From Eledone cirrhosa (lineage: Eukaryota): a stretch of DNA of 64,000 bases. Positions 1 through 13,100 of this stretch are shown one piece after another. Position 1 is the stretch's first letter; each line of letters opens with the position of its first letter. The stretch lies in NCBI GenBank assembly GCA_964016885.1, contig OZ024744.1, positions 107,508,001-107,572,000 on the forward strand, given 5' to 3'. The notes beneath the pieces were generated by a model. That model was not told where the DNA came from. It was given only the letters and a program-made list of their open reading frames with translations, and did not search any database. Made by a program: the position numbers and the translations under genes.

Positions 1-75
1 ATGAACTAGCTTTTGGTTTCCATGAACTCCTGTACAAGTCAGCCTAGGTACATAACAACAACAACAACAACAACA

Positions 76-300
76 ACCAGGACCTAAAGAGGGAACTGAA
101 AAGGATTTGGGGATGACATAAGATCAAGGTCTTCCCCATCATCTTAGAGACACTAGGTACTATCTTGAAGAGTTTCCAAGGCTGGTTTAAGAACATTATC
201 TCAGCCGCATTTTTTGGGGAACACTTCAAAAGAATATATGTCCTGAATATCTGAGGCTGCAGGTAACAGCTTGATGTTCATTGGAGTAAATTTTCCAGTT
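76..300 (+). mobile_element. Degenerate 3' fragment of an R4/Dong/NeSL-like non-LTR retrotransposon (restriction-like endonuclease C-terminus)
   Basis: Translates across frameshifts as QDLKRELKRIWG..KIKVFPIILETLGTILKSFQGWFKNI. This resembles the KYxDLxxELxxLW...PIVIGALG motif of REL-endonuclease LINEs (recalled, not searched). Confidence 0.5.
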
Positions 301-529
301 AAATAACATCAATGACTGAGATACCAAAGTAATAATGATAGTAATATATATTTTATTGACTGCAAGGGCACAAGACATTGTGAGCAAGTACAGGAAAGGG
401 AAGATAGCAACAGACATAACAATAATAGAAATTGTAATAAATTGTCCAGAAACAATATCAAACAATGACAATTGTCAACTAGGAACACTTCCCCAATAGT
501 AGGGGGACTGTGCTTTAGAGTAATTATAG

Positions 530-850
530 GGATCATCACCACAAAATTTCAGATTACTGTGTTGCATCAAGGGCATTGAAAGTGCCCTCTCTTGGTTTCT
601 GTATAGAAAAGTACAGTCAGAGTTGAGCCTCATCAATTTCATTGTTCTCACCCATCTTTCATAAAACACATTAGACTGCAGTACCTCTCTCTCTACTTTC
701 AACTTCCTCTTCAAGTGGAAGTTGATGAGGGCATGGCTGGAGAGAAAGATTCCTGTCCTCAAATCTTTCTCTTATGTCTACCATACAGCTTCTTTCACCA
801 TAACCACCTAGCAGATGAAGACTTGCGCTTTTCCTTTCTAAAGGAAGCTG
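530..850 (-). mobile_element. Short 3' fragment of the Tx1/L1-like LINE, a second copy of the region near 1000-1250
   Basis: Similar to 1050-1250: ttcaagtggaagttgatgagggcatggctggagagaaag vs ttccaagtggaacttgaaaaaattgatgagggattggctgagggaaaag. ORF reads FHLKRKLKVEREVL. Confidence 0.6.
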
Positions 851-862
851 TCAGTTAGATTT

Positions 863-2747
863 AATAATAATAACAATAATAATTTCTTTATTAGCCACTA
901 CAGCCAAAACATACAGGACAATACAAAAACAAAGACGTGGGGATTTACATAAAATGCGTAAAACAAAGATAGTTAAGCACCATCAGATGGCACCCTTTTC
1001 CTCTCTAAACTCTCCAGCTTACAGGTGCATGGTCAGACCCATTCACATTGGCCATTCTTGCAAATTCACCCACCTTTTAGCAAATGTACTGAGTCACAGC
1101 ACTTCTCTCTCCACCATCACCTTCCTTTCCAAGTGGAACTTGAAAAAATTGATGAGGGATTGGCTGAGGGAAAAGTGCCTGTCTTCAGTTGTTTCAGCTG
1201 TTTCCACCACACAACCTCTTTCACTACAGCCACAGACCAAAAGAATACGGAGGGGTGATCTTCACTGTAGAATTGGTTGATAGCTGAATCCATCCTACAC
1301 ATGATAATAGCTGTTCAACAAAATTCCACAAGTCTGCAATGCACGGACACTGGACAAGTGCATGCAGAACAGTTTTACACATCTCAGACAAGTTTGTCTG
1401 AATGCATTTCCATGCCTGTAGAGTTTGTCTCGAACCAGCAACAACTTCACTGGTCTGTCTGTCCAGCATCTAACAATGCTGTTGAACGGCATGGGTTTCC
1501 CTCTCCAGGTGCCAAGCTGCGAATCCACTGACTTGTCTGTTAAGGTTTCATATTCCTCTAAGTTGCTGATCCAGCCTTCCATATCCCGGTTCAAGCAGGA
1601 TGACCTGCAAGAGCTCCAGCTTCTGCAGTAGTGGCTCGAGAGTCGATATATACAGAAAGGAGGAAAGAGGAGATACTTGATGGACTGAGTGTGTAATCTG
1701 GAATGGTTCCAACAGGTGGCCATTTACATTGACCACCGAGTAGATGTCGCTGTGCATTGCTGCAATCCAGTTTCTGAAGACAGAACCAAAGCCAGCTGCT
1801 TTGAGGACAGCCTCTAGGTTTCAATGGTTGGCCCCCATCGAAAGCTTTCGATTGATCCAAATTGATCACAACCAGGTTTACTCCCTACCCTCTCTATGAT
1901 CTATCACATGAGGTTGTCGTGTGTGGACCTTGTTGGGATTGTACACATTTGCGCCTCCTCTATCTGGCTCTTGATAACAATAACCAACCTCATTTCTAAC
2001 ATCTTAACCAAAATCTTAAACTTTGTGTTTAGCAGAGTTATGGGCTTGAAATTGTCTAACGTATCCCTCATGTTCTTGTCTTTCTTCATCACCGTCCCTA
2101 CTCCCCGGCCCACAGAACTGGGAATTCTCTCATTCCGCAACCAGTTGCAGTAGAGTGCTTCGAGAAGATAGGGGAACAAGTCTGGCATGTCTACGTAAAG
2201 CTCGTAGGACAGACCATCCAAACTGGGTGACTTGCGCTTGCTACAGCCAGCCAGGACTTGCTGTATCTCAGCTGCTGTTATCAGCTTTTCATAGAACTCC
2301 ACATCAGTCACCGAGAATAGGGGCAGGCCATCCGAGGTAGGAACTGAAGTCCATCCGTCTCTGAACCCCCCTGCTCTACTCGAACAGTCATGCAAAATGC
2401 TGGTGGAACGCTGCACACTTCTGCCTGGAATCTTCAAGCAGGCACCCATCTCGGTCCGTCAAAGATCGAATTGTGTATTCGTTGCCATGTTGTGCTTCTG
2501 TCACTCGGGCCCGTCGCACTGCATTTATTCCCTCGTTTCTTAAAGCATTCATCTTAGCTCTGACAATGCAAACCTTTTGCATTGAAGAAATGGTCTAATA
2601 CCATTTTTGCAGCTAGCATATTGATTTTCTTAAGGACACCCTTTCTAGGAATATCTCGCCTGTTACTGTTAGTGGGTGACTGAAACAGCATGTAGGACAC
2701 ACACTGGGACCATGTAGCTGATAGAAGTGGATGGTGAAAAACCCTCA
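863..2747 (-). mobile_element. Degenerate, 5'-truncated Tx1/L1-clade LINE (RT region to 3' end)
   Basis: ORF 1904-2449 has KSPSLDGLSYELY...NFKPITLLNTKFKILVKML (RT domains 0-2), and ORF 1591-1869 has INLDQSKAFD. There are many stops and frameshifts, and (TAA)n tracts at both ends. Confidence 0.85.
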
Positions 2748-2969
2748 ATAATAATAATAATAATTGTTTCTACTTTAGGCACAAGGCCAGCATCATAATA
2801 ATAATAATATGCTATGAGGTGGTTTAAAACTTTTAGTCTATTTGATGTATTTATGTGCTTTTTTTATGTTTTAAGTTATGGAGAATTTTTTTTCATTTTG
2901 AAGTCTTTATTTGCATGCTAATTGTTTATTATACTGTTGTCATGGCAATATGATTTATTTGTTTTTTTA

Positions 2970-3370
2970 ACACTTAACAGCCTGTACCACATGAAACCAC
3001 ATTAGTAAGACATTTTTGAAAAGTACAAAACAGTACTAACTGCATTACATTAAAGTCTTTACTGTAATACTGAAAATCTTCACAACAATCTGTTCACTAA
3101 TAGAAATTCCATGAACATTTTGATTAACAAACTACATCAACAAAACACTTTTGAAAAATATAAAACAGCACTGTGACTGTATCATGAAAAAAATTAAAAC
3201 CCTCACTCTAATATTGCAAATTTTCATAACGAAATACTATAAATATTTAGTACAAAACATTACTGAGACTGCACCACATTAAAAATTAAAGTTTTTAAAC
3301 AATAAAGTGTTTACACTAATACTTCAAATGTCCACTAGCAGATATACTAAAACATTTGAATTAACAAACC
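2970..3370. repeat. Dispersed AT-rich repeat containing a single-copy homologue of the 85-bp satellite unit
   Basis: 2971-3055 cacttaacagcctgtaccacatgaaaccacattagtaagacatttttgaaaagtacaaaacagtactaactgcattacatta matches the unit of the array at 26613-30684. Confidence 0.7.
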
Positions 3371-4230
3371 TGTTTTTCGATAATTTCTGCTAAATCATTA
3401 CAGGATGTTAAGAGTTAATATCTTTATTGAACGCTTTTGTTATTTTTGTATTTTTTGTATGCATATTTGTGTACCAAATGTTTATAAAACCTTGGAACAG
3501 CTTTCATAGTTTTGGGTGGATAAAATTAAATTCTTTAGTAAAAGACATCCAAAATAAAACTGGATGTTCGAATCTTTATATTGCAAAATATTTTCTGAAT
3601 ATAAAGAATATATTAGTCTAATTCACCTTTTCATTACCATATTTCTAATGAATGATAGTGCCTGTGTTGTTTTTTAAAATAGTTATAAAAACAAAGAATT
3701 TGGAGGGATTCAGTAATATAACTAACTTTCTCTTAAGTTGGAACATAAATTAAATGTTTTTACATAAAATTATAATGGAAGATTTTTAGATAATATATAT
3801 ATATATACTTTAAAACAAAGAGTTTTGTGTCATAGAACCATAGGTTTGGTATAAAAAAGGTGAACCCTTTTGATAGCAACCTGTTCAAAACTGTTTTTAG
3901 TTCTATGAAACAAAACAACTCATTTTAAAGTGTTCCTAGTTAAATTAAAACCTACCAGCTAAATTTGATATAACTACTTGTTATGTTACAAGAATCATCT
4001 TAATAATGCAATAATAAATAATTTTAGTAAATCTTTCATTAATTAATTAATTAAAATAGAGAGCATTTCATTAGAAATATATTAATGGAAGAATTGAAAC
4101 ATTGCTTATCAAATTTTCATTGTTATATTTGCTGATAGCTGTTCCAATGACTTTATAAAAGTGTGTACACATGTTTCTATATACCCATGCTGTGTCATCG
4201 TGTCATTTTCTGTCCTTACCGTACGTACAG

Positions 4231-4440
4231 CAGACAGGACTATTACAGAGGGCTGATGTTGCACCTTTAGCAGGAGTGAGGCCAACTTCAAAAGCTGTGT
4301 CTATCTCATGTCCCAAAGGAAATGGTAGAAGCATTTTCATCAACACAACTGGAGGAGGCACGACATCTACAAATACGTTTGCTGCCTTCAACAAGCATAT
4401 ATCACAGAGTCTTTCTAGCAACCCCCAAGCCACTAGAGTT
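4231..4440 (+). CDS. Internal exon 1 in window of a Q/S/T-rich nuclear protein, tentatively EP400/Domino (SWR1-family remodeler) C-terminus
   Basis: Acceptor ...gtacag|CAG (NAGNAG) and donor GTT|gtgagt; 210 nt, phase 0-0. Encodes QTGLLQRADV...SIFINTTGGGTTSTNTFAAFNKHISQSLSS, which recalls the human EP400 segment NVIVNTIAGVPAATFQSINKRLAS (from memory). Confidence 0.8.
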
Positions 4441-4522
4441 GTGAGTTTATCTTAATTTTGACACCATCAGCTACAATATAACCTTTATGACGTTTCTCAC
4501 AACATCGACATTTGTCCGTTAA

Positions 4523-4748
4523 CCCTTTCGCCACCGTATTTCTTATGAAATACACTCTATTAATTGATGAAGAATTTTGAGGGATTTAGTAAAATTATTA
4601 ATTATTTTATCATTAGAATAGTAACTTAACATATGGTTCTTATATAAAATTATGTTGAAAGATTTTAATTTAAATAGGAACCATTTGAAATGGGTGGTTT
4701 TGTTTCATAGAACCAGGGGAAGTTTTGGATGGATTGGTAGCAAAAGGG
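4523..4748. mobile_element. piggyBac-type MITE
   Basis: ttaa-CCCTTTCGCCACC ... GGTAGCAAAAGGG-tta termini. Related internal sequence occurs near 3620-3870, 7050-7170 and 22940-23240. Confidence 0.6.
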
Positions 4749-5136
4749 TTATACAACAAACAACAAACTCTTGGTGGTGTACTGGTTGTGGGGTTAGTGG
4801 TGGTGTTAGAATTGGTGTTATTGGAAGTGGTGTTAGTATTAGTGTTGGTGGTAGTGTCAACTTCAGTATTAGTGTTATTGTTGTGGTGTAGGTGGTAGTG
4901 GTGTTAGTTGTGTAGTTATTTTTGCTTTGAAACGAGCATATGGTTTTTATTGAGGTAGAAGAGTATAAGATAAATTTTTAATATAATTTAGAAAAGAAAT
5001 TCTCATTATCATTGTCATTAGACATGTTTCCTCTGCCAACAATGGTTGGATGAGTCAGTAGCTGCATCTAGCTTACATAGAAATTCAACACTCTGTAGAG
5101 TGTACTAGGTGTATTTCTTCAAGGCACCAACATTAA

Positions 5137-5357
5137 CCCTTTAACATTTACATTACTCTATATTTACTATTGTATTTTTACGGTAAAGGCTTTACCTGAC
5201 ATAATTATCTCACATAATATTGAATCTATGAGATTTTGATATTATTTATTTTGAGAACAATATCTTTACATCAGTATGAGTGGCCAGTTATGACCGGATT
5301 GAAATGAACGAGGTGAGAGAATTCTAGCCTTATATGGTCGGTTTAAATGCTAAAGGG
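5137..5357. mobile_element. piggyBac-type MITE with TTAA target duplication
   Basis: TTAA-CCCTTTAACATTTA ... TAAATGCTAAAGGG-TTAA terminal inverted repeats. Confidence 0.7.
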
Positions 5358-5439
5358 TTAAAGATGTCATGTCTTTGACAAACCTTTTATACACCTTCTA
5401 TCTTCACACCATTCCCAAAATTAAAAGAATATATGTTGG

Positions 5440-5770
5440 ACCTCCATTGGTTCTGACGAGTGCTCCAGTTGTTCCATTAACTGAACAGCCTGCTTGTGCT
5501 AAGTGCCTGAGCATTCCATAGACACGTGTACCCTTAATTCTCAGGGACAAGAGACAATGTGTGACAAAGTTGGCACTTTGAATTAAAGGTACAATTCATC
5601 ATAGCATAAGTGGTTGAGTATTCCACATAGTTCCCAGGAAGATTAAGTATGACACAGTGTGTGACATGACTGGGCCTTTGAATCTGCCAGCTGAGTAGAC
5701 TGGAGCAGTGGGAAATAACGTGCCACTGGGAGTCAAACTCATGACTTTATGATCATAAACTGAATAAGCC
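5440..5770 (-). mobile_element. Decayed tRNA-derived CORE-type SINE
   Basis: Contains cagctgagtagactggagcagtgggaaataa, the reverse of the central motif of the copies at 15363 and 19536. Confidence 0.55.
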
Positions 5771-7176
5771 ATATTCCTTCAAAATAAAAGAATATATGTA
5801 CACACATACAACACAACACAATGCTTTTTACAAATAGAAAGGCCAGCTTCTCTATGTATCATACTTGTGTAAATACTACGCATGAATTTGTTGATATTTT
5901 CATTTCCTTGGAATCAATATTCCTGCCTTGTTGTTGTGGCCATGAGGCATTTATTTCGATGTTGTTTGTTGTTTTGTTTTTATTTTATATGGTTCTTGTA
6001 ATATTGTCAATTATCATTATTTTAGGAAATCATTATTATTGACTTTGCCTTTCATCCTTACGGGGTCGATAAAATAAAGTACCAGTAATGCACTGGGGTA
6101 ATTGCTGGCCTTGTGCCAAACAGTAGGAACAATTTTTATTACTATTATCCCAGGTGCTGGTACCACAATAAAATGTATCTAGTCCATTCTGTAAAATGGT
6201 TGGTGTTAGGATGGCTTTCAGCCATAAAGACTATGTCATATATGGCATAGCCAGATATGATAATCTCCCTAGTACTGCTGTCATGAAAAATACACCCAGT
6301 AAGAAGGTTGGTGATAGGAAGGATTTACATCTGTAGAATTCATGCCAAAAAATGTAACGAGAAACCTCTTCACTTATATCAAGAGCGCAACAACCACTTT
6401 AGTGTTGGTGACACAATAAAATACACCCAGTACACTCTGTAAGTTGTTGGTTATAGGAATAGCATCCAACCATAGAAAACTTGTCAAACAAAGAGACATA
6501 ACAACTTCTCTAGAGCATACACTGCCACAATAGAATATACTTGGTACACTCTGAAGTGTGCAAGATGGTGAACAAGGGAGTTAAATACTGATTTGGTCTA
6601 ACATCCCACTGAACCCTTACTAAGTGGGCATTCAATGACTACTACTACTACTTATACTATTACTTATCTATCTATTTGTTTGGGGATCTTTCTTTCTCTC
6701 CTCTCATATTCATGTTTGAATATTCTTAGGCCATAGGAAGTTTTAACCTTACCTAATGTTCATTAAGTCTTATTTAGCAGAAAATATCTAAAAACAAATT
6801 TGTTAATTCAGATGTTTATAGTATCTTTACTATTGGACAGATTATTGTGAACATTTATAGTATTAAAGACTTTGATATTTAACTCATTACAAGTCATAGT
6901 GTTTTGTACATTTCAAGAATGTCTTGTTAACCTGGATTCATATGTTACAGGATGTTAAAGTGAATTCAGTTTGCTTTTTAATTAGTTTTTAGCAAATTTT
7001 TCTTTTTTATTCTATTTCTATCATGATTAATAATTTCTAAAATTTAATTTAACCCTTTCATTATCATATTTTTAATGAAAAAAATTGCCTATGGTTTTCA
7101 AATCATTTTGAAAATTATCAAGAGTTTAGAATAATTTTGTATTATAAGTAACATTCTTTAAGTTGGTATTTGGAAT

Positions 7177-10100
7177 ATCATCATCATCATTTAACATCTG
7201 TTTTTTCTGCTAGCAAGGTTTGGACAGATATTCATAGACTATGTCAGTACTTAAGCATCACTACAAACTTCTCAGACAGGCCCGGGGCTGCATCTTGCTC
7301 AATTATGTTCCTGCACTCTATAGTGTATGCTAGGTGCATTTTATCATGGCACCAGCAGCAGGGAACTTGTCATGCCTTCGACAAGATTTAAACATTCCTT
7401 TCAACCATTTGTTTGGCAGGTTTTATACAGTTAAATGCTCTTCCTATCAGCAACCATATTACAAAGTGTACTGGGTGTATTTATCATGTAGACCAATAAC
7501 ACTAGAGAGGTTGTCATGCCTTGGACACAACTGAATGTCCTTACTATCACCAACAATCTAACAGGGTGTACTGGGTACATGTATGGTGTATATCACCAAT
7601 ATTAATGCGATTGTCATACAACTGCAGAGTCTTTTCAACCCCTGATAGCATGATTTCTACAGCAGGGTACCTTTTCTATTACTCCTTACAAAGTCTACTG
7701 GGTGTATTTTTCATAGCACTAGCACTAGTATGTGACGATGACCTCCGATAGTGTGTGTGGTGGGGGTATACTGTGATGATAGCTACTACTAGGGTGTTAT
7801 GACCATTGTGTAAACATTTTTAGAGGGGGGGGGGGTAGTGGTAGGAGTGTTAGTACAGGTGGTATGGATAGGGTGAGGATAGTTAGAGAAGAGTGGGCAC
7901 TTGGATGACTCAGGTCACATTTTCAGCTAATATGCAGGCCTTCTTCAGTAGAGTATGCCACTAAACTTTGTGGTCCTTTGTCATCTCTGTTTTGAGGTTC
8001 AGCTTCTTAAAATCAGTTTTTACTACTTCATCCCAGGTCTTCCTGTATCTACCACTTCCACAAGTTCCCTCTGCTGGTATTTCTCTGTATATATGGAACT
8101 ATTATCCTCCATACACATCACATGTCCATACCAGCACAACCTTCTCTCTTGCACACTACATCTAATTCCTCTTACACCAAGATTTTCCCTCAGTTTACTT
8201 ATCCTATGTCATTCCTGCAAAATTAACATTACACATCCATCATAGCATACTCTCTTCATTTATTTCTCACCCCTGCAGGTCTTCTACAGTCAAGGCCCAT
8301 GTTTCACTGTCATGTAGCACTATAGTTCATTCTGCAGTCAAGGCCCATGTTTCACTGTCATGTAGCACTATAGTTCATTCTGCAGTCATGACCCATGTTT
8401 CACTGTCATGTAGCACTATAGTTCATTCTGCAGTCATGACCCATGTTTCACTGTCATGTAGCACTATAGTTCATTCTGCAGTCAAGGCCCATGTTTCACT
8501 GTCATGTAGCACTATAGTTCATTCTGCAGCCAAGGCCCATGTTTCACTGTCATGTAGCACTATAGTTCATTCTGCAGTCAAGGCCCATGTTTCACTGTCA
8601 TGTAGCACTATAGTTCATTCTGCAGTCAAGGCCCATGTTTCACTGTCATGTAGCACTATAGTTCATTCTGCAGTCATTGCCCATGTTTCACTGTCATGTA
8701 GCACTATAGTTCATTCTGCAGTTAAGGCCCATGTTTCACTGTCATGTAGCACTATAGTTCATTCTGCAGTCAAGGCCCATGTTTCACTGTCATGTAGCAC
8801 TATAGTTCATTCTGCAGTCAAGGCCCATGTTTCACTGTCATGTAGCAGTTAGTTCATTCTGCAGTCAAGGCCCATGTTTCACTGTCATGTAGCACTATAG
8901 TTCATTCTACAGTCAAGGCCCATGTTTCACTGTCGTAGTACTATAGTTCATTCTGCAGTCAAGGCCCATGTTTCATTGTCATGTAGCACTATAGTTCATT
9001 CTGCAGTCAAGGCCCATGTTTCACTGTCATGTAGCACTATAGTTCATTCTGCAGTCAAGGCCCATGTTTCACTGTCGTGTAGCACTATAGTTCATTCTGC
9101 AGTCAAGGCCCATGTTTCACTGTCATGTAATACTATAGTTCATTCTGCAGTCAAGGCCCATGTTTCACTGTCATGTAGTACTATAGTTCATTCTGCAGTC
9201 AAGGCCCATGTTTCATTGCCATGTAGCACTATAGTTCATTCTGCAGTCAAGGCCCATGTTTCACTGTCATGTAGCACTATAGTTCATTCTGCAGTCAAGG
9301 CCCATGTTTCACTGTCATGTAGCACTATAGTTCATTCTGCAGTCAAGGCCCATGTTTCACTGTCATGTAGCAGTATAGTTCATTCTACAGTCAAGGCCCA
9401 TGTTTCACTGTCATGTAATACTATAGTTCATTCTGCAGTCAAGGCCCATGTTTCACTGTCATGTAGCACTATAGTTCATTCTGCAGTCAAGGCCCATGTT
9501 TCACTGTCATGTAGTACTATAGTTCATTCTGCAGTCAAGGCCCATGTTTCACTGTCATGTAGTACTATAGTTCATTCTGCAGTCAAGGCCCATGTTTCAT
9601 TGTCATGTAGCACTGTAGTTCATTCTGCAGTCAAGGCCCATGTTTCATTGTCATGTAGCACTATAGTTCATTCTGCAGTCAAGGCCCATGTTTCACTGTC
9701 ATGTAGTACTATAGTTCATTCTGCAGTCAATGCTCATGTTTCATTGTCATGTAGCACTATAGTTCATTCTGCAGTCAAGGCCCATGTTTCACTGTCATGT
9801 AGCACTATAGTTCATTCTGCAGTCAAGGCCCATGTTTCACTGTCATGTAGCACTATAGTTCATTCTGCAGTCAAGGCCCATGTTTCACTGTCATGTAGCA
9901 GTATAGTTCATTCTACAGTTAAGGCCCATGTTTCACTGTCATGTAATACTATAGTTCATTCTGCAGTCAAGGCCCATGTTTCACTGTCATGTAGCACTAT
10001 AGTTCATTCTGCAGTCAAGGCCCATGTTTCACTGTCATGTAGTACTATAGTTCATTCTGCAGTCAAGGCCCATGTTTCACTGTCATGTAGTACTATAGTT

Positions 10101-13100
10101 CATTCTGCAGTCAAGGCCCATGTTTCATTGTCATGTAGCACTGTAGTTCATTCTGCAGTCAAGGCCCATGTTTCACTGTCATGTAGCAGTATAGTTCATT
10201 CTGCAGTCAAGGCCCATGTTTCACTGTCATGTAGCAGTATAGTTCATTCTACAGTCAAGGCCCATGTTTCATTGTCATGTAGCACTGTAGTTCATTCTGC
10301 AGTCAAGGCCCATGTTTCACTGTCATGTAGCACTATAGTTCATTCTGCAGTCAAGGCCCATGTTTCACTGTCATGTAGCAGTATAGTTCATTCTGCAGTC
10401 AAGGCCCATGTTTCACTGTCATGTAGCACTATAGCTCATTCTGCAGTCATGACCCATGTTTCACTGTCATGTAGCACTATAGTTCATTCTGCAGTCAAGG
10501 CCCATGTTTCACTGTCATGTAGTACTATAGTTCATTCCGCAGTCAAGGCCCATGTTTCACTGTCATGTAGCACTGTAGTTCATTCTGCAGTCAAGGCCCA
10601 TGTTTCACTGTCATGTAGTACTATAGTTCATTCTACAGTCAAGGCCCATGTTTCACTGTCATGTAGCACTATAGTTCATTCTGCAGTCAAGACCCATGTT
10701 TCACTGTCATGTAGCAGTATAGTTCATTCTGCAGTCAAGGCCCATGTTTCACTGTCATGTAGCAGTATAGTTCATTCTGCAGTCAAGGCCCATGTTTCAC
10801 TGTCATGTAGCAGTATAGTTCATTCTGCAGTCAAGGCCCATGTTTCACTGTCATGTAGCACTATAGCTCATTCTGCAGTCATGACCCATGTTTCACTGTC
10901 ATGTAGCACTATAGTTCATTCTGCAGTCAAGGCCCATGTTTCACTGTCATGTAGTACTATAGTTCATTCTGCAGTCAAGGCCCATGTTTCACTGTCATGT
11001 AGCACTGTAGTTCATTCTGCAGTCAATGCCCATGTTTCACTGTCATGTAGCACTATAGTTCATTCTACAGTCAAGGCCCATGTTTCACTGTCATGTAGCA
11101 CTATAGTTCATTCTGCAGTCAAGGCCCATGTTTCACTGTCATGTAGCACTATAGTTCATTCTGCAGTCAAGGCCCATGTTTCACTGTCATGTAGCACTAT
11201 AGTTCATTCTGCAGTCAAGGCCCATGTTTCACTGTCATGTAGCAGTATAGTTCATTCTGCAGTCAAGGCCCATGTTTCACTGTCATGTAGCACTATAGTT
11301 CATTCTGCAGTCAAGGCCCATGTTTCACTGTCATGTAGCACTGTAGTTCATTCTGCAGTCAATGCCCATGTTTCACTGTCATGTAGCACTATAGTTCATT
11401 CTACAGTCAAGGCCCATGTTTCACTGTCATGTAGCACTATAGTTCATTCTGCAGTCAAGGCCCATGTTTCACTGTCATGTAGCACTATAGTTCATTCTGC
11501 AGTCAAGGCCCATGTTTCACTGTCATGTAGCAGTATAGTTCATTCTGCAGTCAAGGCCCATGTTTCACTGTCATGTAGCAGTATAGTTCATTCTGCAGTC
11601 AAGGCCCATGTTTCACTGTCATGTAGCACTATAGTTCATTCTGCAGTCAAGGCCCATGTTTCACTGTCATGTAGCAGTATAGTTCATTCTACAGTCAAGG
11701 CCCATGTTTCATTGTCATGTAGCACTGTAGTTCATTCTGCAGTCAAGGCCCATGTTTCACTGTCATGTAGCACTATAGTTCATTCTGCAGTCAAGGCCCA
11801 TGTTTCACTGTCATGTAGCACTATAGCTCATTCTGCAGTCATGACCCATGTTTCACTGTCATGTAGCACTATAGTTCATTCTGCAGTCAAGGCCCATGTT
11901 TCACTGTCATGTAGTACTATAGTTCATTCCGCAGTCAAGGCCCATGTTTCACTGTCATGTAGCACTGTAGTTCATTCTGCAGTCAAGGCCCATGTTTCAC
12001 TGTCATGTAGCACTATAGTTCATTCTGCAGTCAAGGCCCATGTTTCACTGTCATGTAGCACTATAGTTCATTCTGCAGTCAAGGCCCATGTTTCACTGTC
12101 ATGTAGCACTATAGTTCATTCTGCAGTCAAGGCCCATGTTTCACTGTCATGTAGCACTATAGTTCATTCTGCAGTCAAGGCCCATGTTTCACTGTCATGT
12201 AGCAGTATAGTTCATTCTGCAGTCAAGGCCCATGTTTCACTGTCATGTAGCACTATAGTTCATTCTGCAGTCAAGGCCCATGTTTCACTGTCATGTAGCA
12301 CTGTAGTTCATTCTGCAGTCAATGCCCATGTTTCACTGTCATGTAGCACTATAGTTCATTCTACAGTCAAGGCCCATGTTTCACTGTCATGTAGCACTAT
12401 AGTTCATTCTGCAGTCAAGGCCCATGTTTCACTGTCATGTAGCACTATAGTTCATTCTGCAGTCAAGGCCCATGTTTCACTGTCATGTAGCAGTATAGTT
12501 CATTCTGCAGTCAAGGCCCATGTTTCACTGTCATGTAGCAGTATAGTTCATTCTGCAGTCAAGGCCCATGTTTCACTGTCATGTAGCACTATAGTTCATT
12601 CTGCAGTCAAGGCCCATGTTTCACTGTCATGTAGCAGTATAGTTCATTCTACAGTCAAGGCCCATGTTTCATTGTCATGTAGCACTGTAGTTCATTCTGC
12701 AGTCAAGGCCCATGTTTCACTGTCATGTAGCACTATAGTTCATTCTGCAGTCAAGGCCCATGTTTCACTGTCATGTAGCACTATAGTTCATTCTGCAGTC
12801 AAGGCCCATGTTTCACTGTCATGTAGCACTATAGTTCATTCTGCAGTCAAGGCCCATGTTTCACTGTCATGTAGCAGTATAGTTCATTCTGCAGTCAAGG
12901 CCCATGTTTCACTGTCATGTAGCACTATAGTTCATTCTGCAGTCAAGGCCCATGTTTCACTGTCATGTAGCAGTATAGTTCATTCTGCAGTCAAGGCCCA
13001 TGTTTCACTGTCATGTAGCACTATAGTTCATTCTGCAGTCAAGGCCCATGTTTCACTGTCATGTAGCACTGTAGTTCATTCTGCAGTCAATGCCCATGTT

